Shown here: one piece after another, positions 58,101 to 64,000 of the stretch | Layout: each line of letters opens with the position of its first letter | Position numbering within the stretch: position 1 is the first letter of the stretch | NCBI RefSeq assembly: GCF_964355755.1 | Contig: NC_092675.1 | Span: forward strand, 31,096,912 to 31,160,911 | DNA length: 64,000 bases | Direction: 5' to 3' | Origin: Antedon mediterranea | Lineage: Eukaryota > Animalia > Echinodermata | Program-made: the position numbers and the translations under genes | Notes under the pieces: model-generated | Databases searched by the model: none | Told to the model about the DNA's origin: nothing | What the model saw: the letters and a program-made list of their open reading frames with translations, nothing else

Positions 58101-59803
58101 GTTGTTGGTTTTTAACTGGACCAGTTCTTCTAGATTGTGTACTTTATCTGGCTATAAATGAACAAATAAATAATACATTATGTTTATTTGTAGATGGTCA
58201 CATGGTGATTGGTCAGAATGTAGTCAAACCTGCAATGGTGGCGTAAAGCATCGTCTGGTAACTTGTATGGTTCAGATCACAGCTCATGAATCAGAATCTG
58301 TTGATGAGAGTCATTGTATGACACACAAACCAGCATCAGAAATACCATGTGGAACTAACATGTGTCCTCCACAGTGGGTTACCAGTGTCTGGTCTAAGGT
58401 AATATTTCATTTGTAAACATACTAAAGCCTGGTTTCCATAAAATCGCTACACGACAGAGCTAGAATTTATCTAGGATCTAGTATGCGAGCGCTAAATATT
58501 CTTTGGTACGAGTATACGATTCATCGTCGACAAAATCGGCAAAGTTGAACAGGGTTGAACTTTGCCGATTTGACTGCGTTTGCGTCGGCAACATCTGCGC
58601 GTGTAGCGATTTTATTGGAAACGCTGTAGCGATTTTAATGGAAACCAGGCTTAATCAACATAGCCGTATATATATTGATCAGTTCAGATTTATTTATGCT
58701 TGAGTATAATCCCTGTTTATGGTAAATTCATTTTTTATTCAGCCTGATTATAATCCGTAATTTCCCCAAATTTGTTTACCTTTGCCTCCTAACTAAATTT
58801 TAACAATAGGTAAACCATGATTCTTAAGTCTAGGTGATTTGAATCATGAACTTTACTATGATTGGAATTATACTTTTTGAAAAATCCATTTATTCAAATA
58901 TTTCAATATTCTCAGTGTATGCCAGAATGTGGTCCAGGGATACAGACTAGAGAAGTGACGTGTATGACAAGCAATAGTGGACGGGTTCCAGATAATAGGT
59001 GTGACCGATCACAAAGACCGGCCAGTCGCAGAAGCTGTGATAATAAAAGATGCCCTCCACCGAGTTGGGTCACAGGAGCTTGGGGTGAAGTAAGTACAAC
59101 CAACCAACCTAGGCCTAGACTATTGTTTTTATGCCAAGAAGGTCTGATTTTATAATGAATGTTAAATTAATTGAATGTTTGATTTTGTTTTAAAAATTCT
59201 AGAATTTTAATAAAATCGACTGTATTTTTAAAAAAATCCTTTTTTAGTGCAATGGGGAATGTGGACGAGGTCAACGAATGCGATCAGTACGATGTGAATC
59301 TTTCAACGGACATGTCTTATCACGAACCCATTGTAATGCTGCCCTCAAGCCTAACAGTCATGAACAATGTGAAAAGAAATGTGGAGTTGTTACGGTTAAT
59401 GAACGTATGTTGAATTCAGTTTATTAATATGAATTGCAAAGTAACTAAATTTAATAATGATGAGACATTTATTTTGTTGGTGGACTAAATGCTCTTTCCC
59501 ATCAGTCATTTTAACAAGCATACTCTCGTCAATTCAACAATTTCTATATGAATCGGTACCAGTATTTGACTTACTGTTTGTCCCACCCACAGAAGACAGT
59601 GTCAGCTACAAATTATCACTTCTTTATCTATCTGTACCTGCAAGTCTTCTGTTCATTAAGATATTTAAACTTTTTTTTCCACAGCCTGTGAAGATGCACA
59701 TACAGTTTCATATTGTCCGTTGGTTCTCAAATTCAAATTTTGCACTCGCCAATATTTTCGGCAAATGTGTTGCAGGACGTGTATGAATAACAGTCAAGGT
59801 TGA
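7061..59803 (+). CDS. ADAMTS6: Complete ADAMTS6/10-like secreted metalloprotease gene, 22 coding exons, 1130 aa (gene span; exons listed separately)
   Basis: Hand-spliced exons give one open frame of 3393 nt with matching phases. RKRR|[28 protein letters not shown] and [28 protein letters not shown] closely resemble vertebrate ADAMTS6/10 as I recall them. Probably a pro-ortholog of both. Confidence 0.93.
7929..8314 (+). CDS. ADAMTS6: ADAMTS6/10-like exon 2, prodomain
   Basis: poly-T ttacag acceptor; [11 protein letters not shown]...CHYHGSI...VAISNCKGL is typical M12B propeptide; gtaagt donor. Confidence 0.95.
8757..8923. mobile_element. MITE family B (long imperfect palindrome)
   Basis: AGCGTGGTCCCCACTAGA...ACGCAA / TTGCGT...TCTAGTGGTAACCAAGCT inverted termini. 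Confidence 0.75.
11910..12054 (+). CDS. ADAMTS6: ADAMTS6/10-like exon 3, prodomain
   Basis: tgtag|[16 protein letters not shown]...PHAVYRRS...FCGVK|gtaaga; absent from the ORF track; phases fit. Confidence 0.93.
13524..13795. repeat. Diverged duplication, about 170-bp period, 2 copies
   Basis: CCTATTTGTCTG...TTTCATACTATTTAT...AATTTGGCATAAATAGCG twice. Confidence 0.8.
14297..14457. mobile_element. MITE family A, copy 2
   Basis: Same TIRs, TAA/TTA flanks. Confidence 0.88.
15953..16091. repeat. Tandem duplication of about 63 bp
   Basis: AGATTGTAACATAGTCCCCTTCGCACCTTGATGCCC...CATAGGTGACCATTA twice. Confidence 0.88.
16200..17019 (+). mobile_element. Internally deleted PIF/Harbinger DNA transposon, copy 1
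   Basis: TIRs GGCCCTGTTTCTGCTGC / GCAGCAGAAACAGGCCC; 3-bp TAT on both flanks; subterminal ATACCGTATT repeats; frameshifted Myb/SANT remnant inside. Confidence 0.85.
16551..16775 (+). pseudogene. Myb/SANT-like (trihelix) Harbinger accessory gene remnant
   Basis: Across two frameshifts: [27 protein letters not shown] / [22 protein letters not shown] / [21 protein letters not shown]; copy 2 reads [12 protein letters not shown]. Confidence 0.7.
17843..17879 (+). ncRNA. Minimal type I hammerhead ribozyme motif
   Basis: GCA-CTGATGA-AGGGC(tagtgtt)GCCT-GAAA-GCTC-TGC: core boxes CUGANGA and GAAA, stem II, palindromic AGCT in place of stem III, stem I GCA/TGC, predicted cleavage after C17876. Confidence 0.65.
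17917..18086. repeat. 48-bp tandem repeat, about 3.5 copies
   Basis: CTGATACCCACAGCATTGTCATTTTGTATCTCCATTGAGATCCAGCTA. Confidence 0.95.
19706..20866. repeat. 64/67-bp minisatellite, about 18 copies
   Basis: ATAATCCTGCAGACATCTGAGCATTCATCACATTCTACCCTGGTAATATTGGACAAAACATGCT(ACT). Confidence 0.97.
21293..21707. repeat. 41-bp minisatellite, 10 identical copies
   Basis: AAACTGATTTGTACAGCAATAAGGGGACAGCCTTAAATGAT. Confidence 0.98.
24519..25340 (+). CDS. LINE ORF1 (coiled coil plus L1-ORF1/Transposase_22-like RRM-CTD)
   Basis: Heptad-rich segment, then [14 protein letters not shown]...[10 protein letters not shown]...[10 protein letters not shown]...ITEDLP...[10 protein letters not shown]. Confidence 0.88.
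   Translation: MMATNRPTRANTKSIELTRKARPSESLEADDPIEASGDRQGETQTLADQLGRLSEQLNGKLDKVLENQKNYNKRLTKLETTVKDLEKSVEYAHDSTNKTKEEIKKIGNEIKKMEEYENKMAAYQDKMADMENSILKQERYSRSFNLRFGGVIENATENTQDLLQKVLREELGLEDIEIENCHRTGKRRLDNKPRHIIAKFLYRPQRNQVLKLGKVKLKSKSQNVFITEDLPDADMKKKRELSTIMAQAYAEKRKPVFRNGQLFIDGKPYKPLK
26232..29198 (+). CDS. LINE ORF2, APE endonuclease plus reverse transcriptase (988 aa)
   Basis: APE motifs SETWL, YRPP, GDYN, IDNI, SDHFP; RT motifs [35 protein letters not shown]; C-terminal HNYSTR. Confidence 0.97.
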   Translation: MFECDLFDNVNVSTEYFNEDNLISSLEHSNLSSNFSIFGLNCRSVVNKFDLISNYLDSLVHAFSVIAFSETWLTEKDNINLYQLPGYSLIHNDRKDKRGGGVAFYVTNKLTYIIRNDLSSCMTEAETIFIEIELESGNNVICGIVYRPPSRSLQKFDDELTCVMQMINLEKKKAYLVGDYNINLLQQSTDNTIQSHLDTIFSQSFQPIIKSPTRISDNCASIIDNIYCNIDSFTTSLKSGILITDISDHFPIFCVDTLEKHNKQYPRFVYKRQYSPQQTEYFLQELQSNQWNDVLFSNNANVAYQNFTNTLNKTIDNCFPLKRIRNKANKLKSPWITAEIARAISQKHKLYKKYKQNNTTTNKSTYIHFRNKLTTTIRNRKKEYYMVQFERNKQDIKKTWTILNDIMGRKKTTNLPTKIKLGTDTFSDNDEKADAFNSFFINIGEKLNNKFRHESQNEEITHRTFLKGNFTSSMFFKPVTEHELNHYIKNTKNTSPGHDGISAQLIKSASPFILKPLLHIINTSLSSGCVPADIKIAKVIPVFKNGDISDINNYRPISILPFFSKIFERIVYDQTICYLSKYNVLSKTQYGFRQHHSTSHALIQSIEKITNAIENKEFTLGVFLDLSKAFDTIDHDVLLDKLRFYGIRGVPLNWFSNYLKKRLQYTFIVNTASSKMTVNTGVPQGSILGPLLFLIFINDISLACNHVDMIMYADDTNVFYSHNDITQAFDTMNQELSILSDWFIANKLTLNVNKSKYVIFKARNKSADTTSLELRMGNECIVKATEVKFLGLFLDETLSFNFHVNEVANSISRIIGVLNKVKSMLSSKILLTVYNALILPRITYAITVWGATSATNLNRIHILQKKALRNICHVHFMHPSHPLFISTQTLNIFDLYTKHTAIFMYQYKHNLLPESFNNLFSTSASFHNYSTRNRSNYCPQLKRTKVGQQCISYQGTHIWNNLTDYIKQSPTLSLFKQRLKQYYNNRNI
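30844..31049 (+). CDS. ADAMTS6: ADAMTS6/10-like exon 4, furin site and start of catalytic domain
   Basis: [22 protein letters not shown]...YLLTIMNI|gtaagt. Confidence 0.93.
31635..32153. repeat. 34-bp minisatellite, about 15 copies
   Basis: GTCAGAGTACATACGTAGCACCTATGTAGTCTAT. Confidence 0.98.
33431..33514 (+). CDS. ADAMTS6: ADAMTS6/10-like exon 5
   Basis: tttag|[28 protein letters not shown]|gtaatt. Confidence 0.95.
33662..34176. repeat. 42-44-bp minisatellite, about 12 copies, filling most of intron 5
   Basis: ATGTTGAGCACTCCATTACAGTAAACAAATGTGGAATGTATT. Confidence 0.97.
34239..34369 (+). CDS. ADAMTS6: ADAMTS6/10-like exon 6
   Basis: [20 protein letters not shown]...HHDNAILIT|gtaagt. Confidence 0.95.
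36690..36840 (+). mobile_element. Possible old CR1/L2 ORF2 3' fragment
   Basis: Translates to [14 protein letters not shown], similar to the RSFSVAAPxLWNSL C-terminal motif. Confidence 0.35.
39185..39507. repeat. 16/17-bp minisatellite interrupted by a 26-bp hairpin
   Basis: GTCCCTTTAATAAAGAT / GTCATTTAATAAAGAT. Confidence 0.95.
43419..43462 (+). CDS. ADAMTS6: ADAMTS6/10-like exon 7 (44 nt)
   Basis: cacag|[15 protein letters not shown]|gtaagg; phases 2 and 1 fit both neighbours. Confidence 0.93.
43861..43966 (+). CDS. ADAMTS6: ADAMTS6/10-like exon 8, HExxH
   Basis: [35 protein letters not shown]|gtaagt. Confidence 0.97.
43969..44885. repeat. 24-bp minisatellite, about 38 copies, in intron 8
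   Basis: AAGTACATGCTTAGTACAAACATT. Confidence 0.98.
45151..45306 (+). CDS. ADAMTS6: ADAMTS6/10-like exon 9, third Zn ligand and Met-turn
   Basis: FGMQHDG...AKLMA...[15 protein letters not shown]|gtaagt. Confidence 0.96.
45982..46164. repeat. 87-bp tandem duplication
   Basis: TCCAAAGCAAGTATTAAATACAAAACATTCCCCGCCAG... twice. Confidence 0.93.
46514..46661 (+). CDS. ADAMTS6: ADAMTS6/10-like exon 10
   Basis: SGKGDCLL...[16 protein letters not shown]. Confidence 0.95.
46905..47021 (+). CDS. ADAMTS6: ADAMTS6/10-like exon 11, disintegrin-like
   Basis: AVCGQLWC...[14 protein letters not shown]; gtaggt donor. Confidence 0.94.
48249..48394 (+). CDS. ADAMTS6: ADAMTS6/10-like exon 12, central TSR1
   Basis: WCYQGNC...[22 protein letters not shown]. 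Confidence 0.96.
49539..49602 (+). CDS. ADAMTS6: ADAMTS6/10-like exon 13
   Basis: [21 protein letters not shown]|gtgagt. Confidence 0.95.
49792..49967. mobile_element. MITE family A, copy 3
   Basis: Same TIRs and internal CATATCACTACCATATTTGGG repeats. Confidence 0.85.
51155..51424 (+). CDS. ADAMTS6: ADAMTS6/10-like exon 14, Cys-rich
   Basis: [14 protein letters not shown]...CALNCLA...VVDGTRC...DICINGKCH. Confidence 0.96.
51919..52061. mobile_element. MITE family A, copy 4
   Basis: Same TIRs, TTA/TAA flanks. Confidence 0.85.
52209..52413 (+). CDS. ADAMTS6: ADAMTS6/10-like exon 15, Cys-rich/spacer
   Basis: [10 protein letters not shown]...[13 protein letters not shown]...[11 protein letters not shown]. 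Confidence 0.96.
52461..52690 (+). mobile_element. Degenerate tRNA-derived SINE
   Basis: A-box-like TGGCTTGTTGGTT, B-box-like GGGTTGAAGTCC, ends in an A tract; a more decayed relative at about 12083-12224. Confidence 0.5.
52975..53225 (-). mobile_element. SINE with Deu/Nin-type conserved core
   Basis: Minus strand GGATTCGAG (B-box-like), then TCGGATAAGGACTATAAAC...AGAACC...TTTCGAGACAAGTAGGGGGTTACCCTGGTGT, resembling the DeuSINE core as I recall it; AAT-rich tail. Confidence 0.7.
53589..53748. mobile_element. MITE family A, copy 5
   Basis: Same TIRs, TAA target duplication on both sides. Confidence 0.88.
53811..53977 (+). CDS. ADAMTS6: ADAMTS6/10-like exon 16, spacer
   Basis: ALKS...[12 protein letters not shown]...GTMFRYKRP...[16 protein letters not shown]. 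Confidence 0.95.
54712..55511 (-). mobile_element. Same Harbinger-type element, copy 2, inverted, in intron 16
   Basis: Reverse-complement match to 16200-17019 along its length; same TIRs; flanks TAT/TAA. Confidence 0.88.
55921..56777. repeat. 57-bp minisatellite, about 15 copies
   Basis: GTAGCTAGTAATTGGGTAGGTAAATGTAGGTCCTAACTGGGTGATGAGGACCACAAA. Confidence 0.98.
56926..57064 (+). CDS. ADAMTS6: ADAMTS6/10-like exon 17, spacer end/TSR2
   Basis: [14 protein letters not shown]...[17 protein letters not shown]|gtaagt. Confidence 0.95.
57489..57618 (+). CDS. ADAMTS6: ADAMTS6/10-like exon 18, TSR2
   Basis: [28 protein letters not shown]...SCNTERCAP. Confidence 0.94.
58194..58398 (+). CDS. ADAMTS6: ADAMTS6/10-like exon 19, TSR3
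   Basis: [16 protein letters not shown]...[12 protein letters not shown]. Confidence 0.95.
58426..58651. mobile_element. MITE family C (Harbinger-like)
   Basis: TIR AGCCTGGTTTCCATAAAATCGCTACA / TGTAGCGATTTTAATGGAAACCAGGCT with TAA duplication. Confidence 0.88.
58916..59089 (+). CDS. ADAMTS6: ADAMTS6/10-like exon 20, TSR4
   Basis: [16 protein letters not shown]...[14 protein letters not shown]. Confidence 0.95.
59248..59404 (+). CDS. ADAMTS6: ADAMTS6/10-like exon 21, TSR5
   Basis: [16 protein letters not shown]...QCEKKC. Confidence 0.94.
59685..59803 (+). CDS. ADAMTS6: ADAMTS6/10-like exon 22, PLAC domain and stop
   Basis: [41 protein letters not shown]. Confidence 0.96.
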
Positions 59804-60422
59804 AGAAATAAAGTAAAAAATGAGAAGTAAATGTGTTACATCTGTTATGCAAATGAAATACCTGTTTATCCACATCTATTATCCATGCCATTGTTATTTC
59901 CAAGACCATCTTATTTGCAAAATAATAAGTAGTGTTTGTAAAAGGATCTTGCAATAACAGAATTCATACATCTTCTCCAGCCTCATTGATATAACTGTAT
60001 TAAGAATTATGATAGCTAAATAAATGTGAATTGATTGAATTAAATTTAATGGCTTATTACATTGCTTTTCAACACATTTTACTGTCAACGTTGAGAGATT
60101 TTTGGCATTTAAAATATCTAAATCTTTGCCACGTTAGCCTGTTAACTTTTGCAATTTACAAATTAAATTTGAACCATGATGCGTTGTTGGTTGTCACCTG
60201 TACAACAAATCTCTAGTGTCTAGGATCAGAATGAGTAAGGAAGCACTTCTTAACATCCCTGCCTATTATGCATAATGAACTTGCTTGTTCCTAGGTCATC
60301 GGTCTTCGCAAATCGAAATAAATTATACAAAACATTGTTGAAAATGAATACGAATGTCTGATTGACCTTTGACACAATTTGTATCATCACTATGACCAAA
60401 TGGTTGTATTTTACCATTATAA

Positions 60423-60591
60423 CCAAATGATGGACCTAAAAATAAAGAAAGATAGACACCGAAGAACCTATTTACTAATAAACATTATATTGTATAGACT
60501 AATATAATACCAAATGATGGACCTAAAAATAAATAAAGATAGACATCGAAGAACCTATTTACTAATAAACATTATATTGTATAGACTAATA
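60423..60591. repeat. 87-bp-period tandem duplication in the probable ADAMTS 3' UTR
   Basis: CCAAATGATGGACCTAAAAATAAA...GTATAGACTAATA twice. Confidence 0.92.
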
Positions 60592-61814
60592 AATAGGGTC
60601 AGGTGATATTGAAGAAATTTAATGGTTTCAGTTTTTTAACATGGAAAGGATATTAAGTTGTTCCATCTTAAATGAAAATTGACAATGTTGGTAGCATTAA
60701 ATCCAAATATGGACCTCTAACGGTAAATTCAAATATTACATGTAATTTATGGTTTTAGTAATAATGCATGTTGATTTTGAAAACCTTTAATTATATTAAT
60801 TATTATTTTTTAAATCATGATTATTTAAATAATTTTATAATTTTGTTGACTTTATTTTGTACACATATATAATGCCATCCATATAATTATGCAACTAATG
60901 TATAACTAGACATAGTTTTTTCAGTCGCAATTATACTTATATAATCATATATGTATATATTTTTATGAAAAATATTGTGTTAATTGTTATGTAATATTTG
61001 TTTTAATGTACAAAAAAACACACACAACTCAAGCTATGAATCTTAGATTTTTTAGATGTTTTATATTTATTGTTTTTAATGAATATTAAGACTAGCCATT
61101 GTAATTATAATTGTAAATACACTTTAACATCATGTTATTGCATACATTACACTGTATACTTATCACATATTTCTTAAACTGAGGGCTAAATCATAGTATT
61201 TTATTGGGTTTTCCAAATCTAAATTGCTACTCATATTCATTGTAGCTGGTTGTTTAAACTTTAAATAAGCCAATGAAGAACAACTTTAGAACTCTGTCGC
61301 TCAAATCTATAAAATCTGTTAATACTGTCAATCTTGGTTATGTAAAAATAATTATGAATATATATTCTAATTTTGTATTATTTTTTTTATTTAAGAGTTT
61401 ATTTGTTATGTTATTTATCATTTTTAAAGTTTAAATAATTCATAAAACGTGGCTTAGATGCTGAGGGCGCTATCATAGTGAGTAGGTTCATAAATTGTAC
61501 ATGGCTGGATGTGTGGAAACAACATAATTATTGTAGATATCGTGTACATAAATAAAACCTATTTATATGAAACAGCATGTATAATAAATACAAACTGTTG
61601 TTATGTCATTTCCAAACAAATAGTCATGAAAATAACTTGTAAGTATTTCTATGAATATCGTATAAATACATTTTATGTAAATGTAAATAAATATATTATT
61701 GAAATCAATTTTTAATCCGTTCATTCGAAATGTTAACCAACGAATCAAGTTTTTTTCTTTAGAAACGAATTTGTTGGGAGAATAGGAATTGCATTCTTTA
61801 TCTTGTTACCGATT

Positions 61815-61967
61815 GCTATCCACTATGACGCAACGAAATGACGTACGCGCAAGTCCAGTCATGGTTGTGATTGGATCAATACGGACAGTTTGTATTATCT
61901 GATTGGTCAAATTACTTACGTTGCGCGTACAGTACGACTTTGCGTTGCGTCATAGTGGGGAACTACC
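61815..61967. mobile_element. MITE related to family B
   Basis: CCACTATGACGCAACG / CGTTGCGTCATAGTGG inverted repeats; internal ATTGGTCAA shared with the 8757 copy. Confidence 0.7.
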
Positions 61968-62406
61968 TATTTACAAATGTCTGTCTTTTGTCAGATACAG
62001 GATGAGGATCAAGTCTGATGGTGACGATTTCCCCTCCTATTCTTCAAAAGTCTGTTGTGCAGTAGCGAAGTTGCCTCACGTCTTCGTTTTGACTTTGGTT
62101 GTTGTTGATGCATAGGTCCTAGTACTTAATTACGTACCGATATTTGCTTCTTTATCTTCGTCGTTTATTTAGGTTATATGGTATATTTCAGGCAAATTTA
62201 ATTCGCCTTGTTTTGTCATGTTTTTTTTTTTAAAGGAAAACAAAAAAGTAAAAGTGACGAAATGTTTATTATGTTGTTTAAATCTCACTTCATTTCTGTA
62301 TTGAATGATGGTAAATTATTTAAAAAAATACAAATATAATTTCTAACCAACTAATTTTCTACGTTTGAAGGTGCAGACTTAATTATAAGAGCAACGTAAC
62401 GACCTC

Positions 62407-62944
62407 CTATAGGCTTGTCTTCTGAAGATTATCATCGTCTTCTTCGTAAACATCATTCACAATTCCATCTAAAGCAGCAGTGGCCTCTTGCTCTCCTTGA
62501 GTTAAACCAGTGGTGTCTAGCTCTCCTTGTGTTTCCACCCCAGTAGTGTCTAGCTCTTCTGGTGATGGAGGTGGTGGGAAGCTTTCGTCTTCATCTGGTG
62601 AAGGTTGAGGAGCCTTATTATCTTCCGTATTTTCGTCAGTTTCTGGTGGAACCGTTTTCACTCTGACGTCACTACTACCGGATGAACTGCCCGCTACTGA
62701 GCTGTTATCAGAGGCGTACGGAGGCGGTATTTCGTCGTTATTTTCGCCAAGATTAGAAGAAGTCGGCGTTTCAACTTGTACTTCTACAACACTAGATTGT
62801 GTTTGTAATTGATTTTGTCTGACTTGAGTTCCTTTTTCATTTGCTGGCTGTATCGGATCATTGGCATCGATGTGTAGCCGCAGTTCGTGTCCTTTCTCCA
62901 TTGAAGACTGCATCTCGTAATCGTCCATGCGATTATTAATGTTT
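62407..62944 (-). CDS. Uncharacterised single-pass membrane protein, last exon (acidic cytoplasmic tail)
   Basis: tttttag acceptor, phase 2 matches the upstream exon, open to TAG; contains PPPY, FPPPP and C-terminal KTSL. Confidence 0.85.
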
Positions 62945-63100
62945 CTAAAAAAATACAAATTAAGTGTAATAGGCTATATACAAAAAAACTGTATGTATAA
63001 ACAATACAGTAGACACAAATAAAAAGTAGACAGATAACGAACAAACTACTTGTTTATCCAATACTGTAATTATAAAAAAAAAATATTTATTAGGCCTTAC

Positions 63101-63412
63101 TTGAACTGTCGGTTGGCTTGATATATGGTGTAGGTGATATAGCTAATAGCTACTATGCCTAAATAGCACGATATGGCAATAGCCCACGGTGGAATAGCCA
63201 ACTTATAGTCACTTTCCGGTTCAATAGGGGTGATGCTGTATGGAAGCATCTTGTCAATTTTGTCATCGTTTAGTTTACACATCAAGTAAAGTTCATGAGA
63301 TCTGAATGCGACTGGAAGAACGGTTGAACCTGACGGGTTGACCACCAAATAGTGAACCACTACACGGTCATTGCTGGTAATGGTAACGTCCACGATAAGA
63401 ACATGCTTAGGC
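63101..63412 (-). CDS. Same gene, exon with juxtamembrane ectodomain and TM helix
   Basis: PKHVLIVDVTITSNDRVVVHYLVVNPSG...PPWAIAISCYLGIVAISYITYTIY; donor gtaagg; the acceptor (aag) is less certain. Confidence 0.75.
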
Positions 63413-63667
63413 CTTTGGAAAGAAAATGTAGTTATTATTATACGCATAATATAGAATAGTAAAGTTGCCGCTACTTCGGTTTGATCTAATGTGGTCATCA
63501 TCATCGTCGTCGTCGTCATCATCGTTATTATCATCAGGTAGCTCATAATCATTATCTTGGAACATCATTATTCTTCTGGGCATTCAAGAATCTGCCAAAA
63601 TATATAAGGAGAAATGGACAGCAGCACATTGTACGGAGTCCAAAATAAAAATATCAGTTATTCTTAC

Positions 63668-63744
63668 AGAACTTGAAGGATGACGTAATCGTTTGAGATG
63701 TTTGCGATGGATTGCTTAAACTGCATTTGCATTTTTTCTACAAA
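63668..63744 (-). CDS. Same gene, internal exon
   Basis: ctag|FVEKMQMQFKQSIANISNDYVILQV|gtaaga; phases 0 and 2 fit. Confidence 0.65.
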
Positions 63745-63870
63745 CTAGATAAAAGAGAAGTAAACATATATTGTATAATATATCTAATTATAGTAAGTTA
63801 TAACAGCTATTAAGATATTGGTCACACTGGTGACTATTATTGTGAGATATGCGCATGCCCGTATACTTAC

Positions 63871-63936
63871 GTCTCCAATTCTGGTAATACCGTTCACGTA
63901 TGCTGTGGCAACGCCTATATCGACCAATTTCTCACA
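63871..63936 (-). CDS. Same gene, internal exon (gene continues beyond the window)
   Basis: gtcag|CEKLVDIGVATAYVNGITRIGD|gtaagt. Confidence 0.65.
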
Positions 63937-64000
63937 CTGACAGAAATAACACGTAGAAAAGATTATAAATTGGTAGTTATCTTCAATTAAAAATCCGGAC

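Overview
AT-rich animal genomic DNA, probably from a marine invertebrate (a Deu/Nin-type SINE is compatible with a deuterostome but does not prove it). It is not prokaryotic. Most of the window (7061-59803, +) is one complete 22-exon ADAMTS6/10-like metalloprotease gene that I assembled by hand. All introns are GT-AG, all phases match, and the CDS is 3393 nt (1130 aa): signal peptide, prodomain, RKRR furin site, HELGHNFGMQHD catalytic domain, disintegrin-like, TSR1, Cys-rich, spacer, 4 TSRs, PLAC. The introns and upstream region hold an apparently intact CR1/L2-group LINE, two oppositely oriented internally deleted PIF/Harbinger elements with a Myb/SANT remnant, several MITE families, SINEs, many minisatellites, and a small TSD-flanked insertion that begins with a minimal hammerhead ribozyme. 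The right end holds the last four exons of a convergent gene for an unidentified single-pass membrane protein whose tail carries FPPPP, PPxY and PDZ-binding motifs. I cannot demonstrate a novel multi-gene system. The best leads are the hammerhead insertion, the membrane protein, the inverted Harbinger pair and the LINE inter-ORF spacer.
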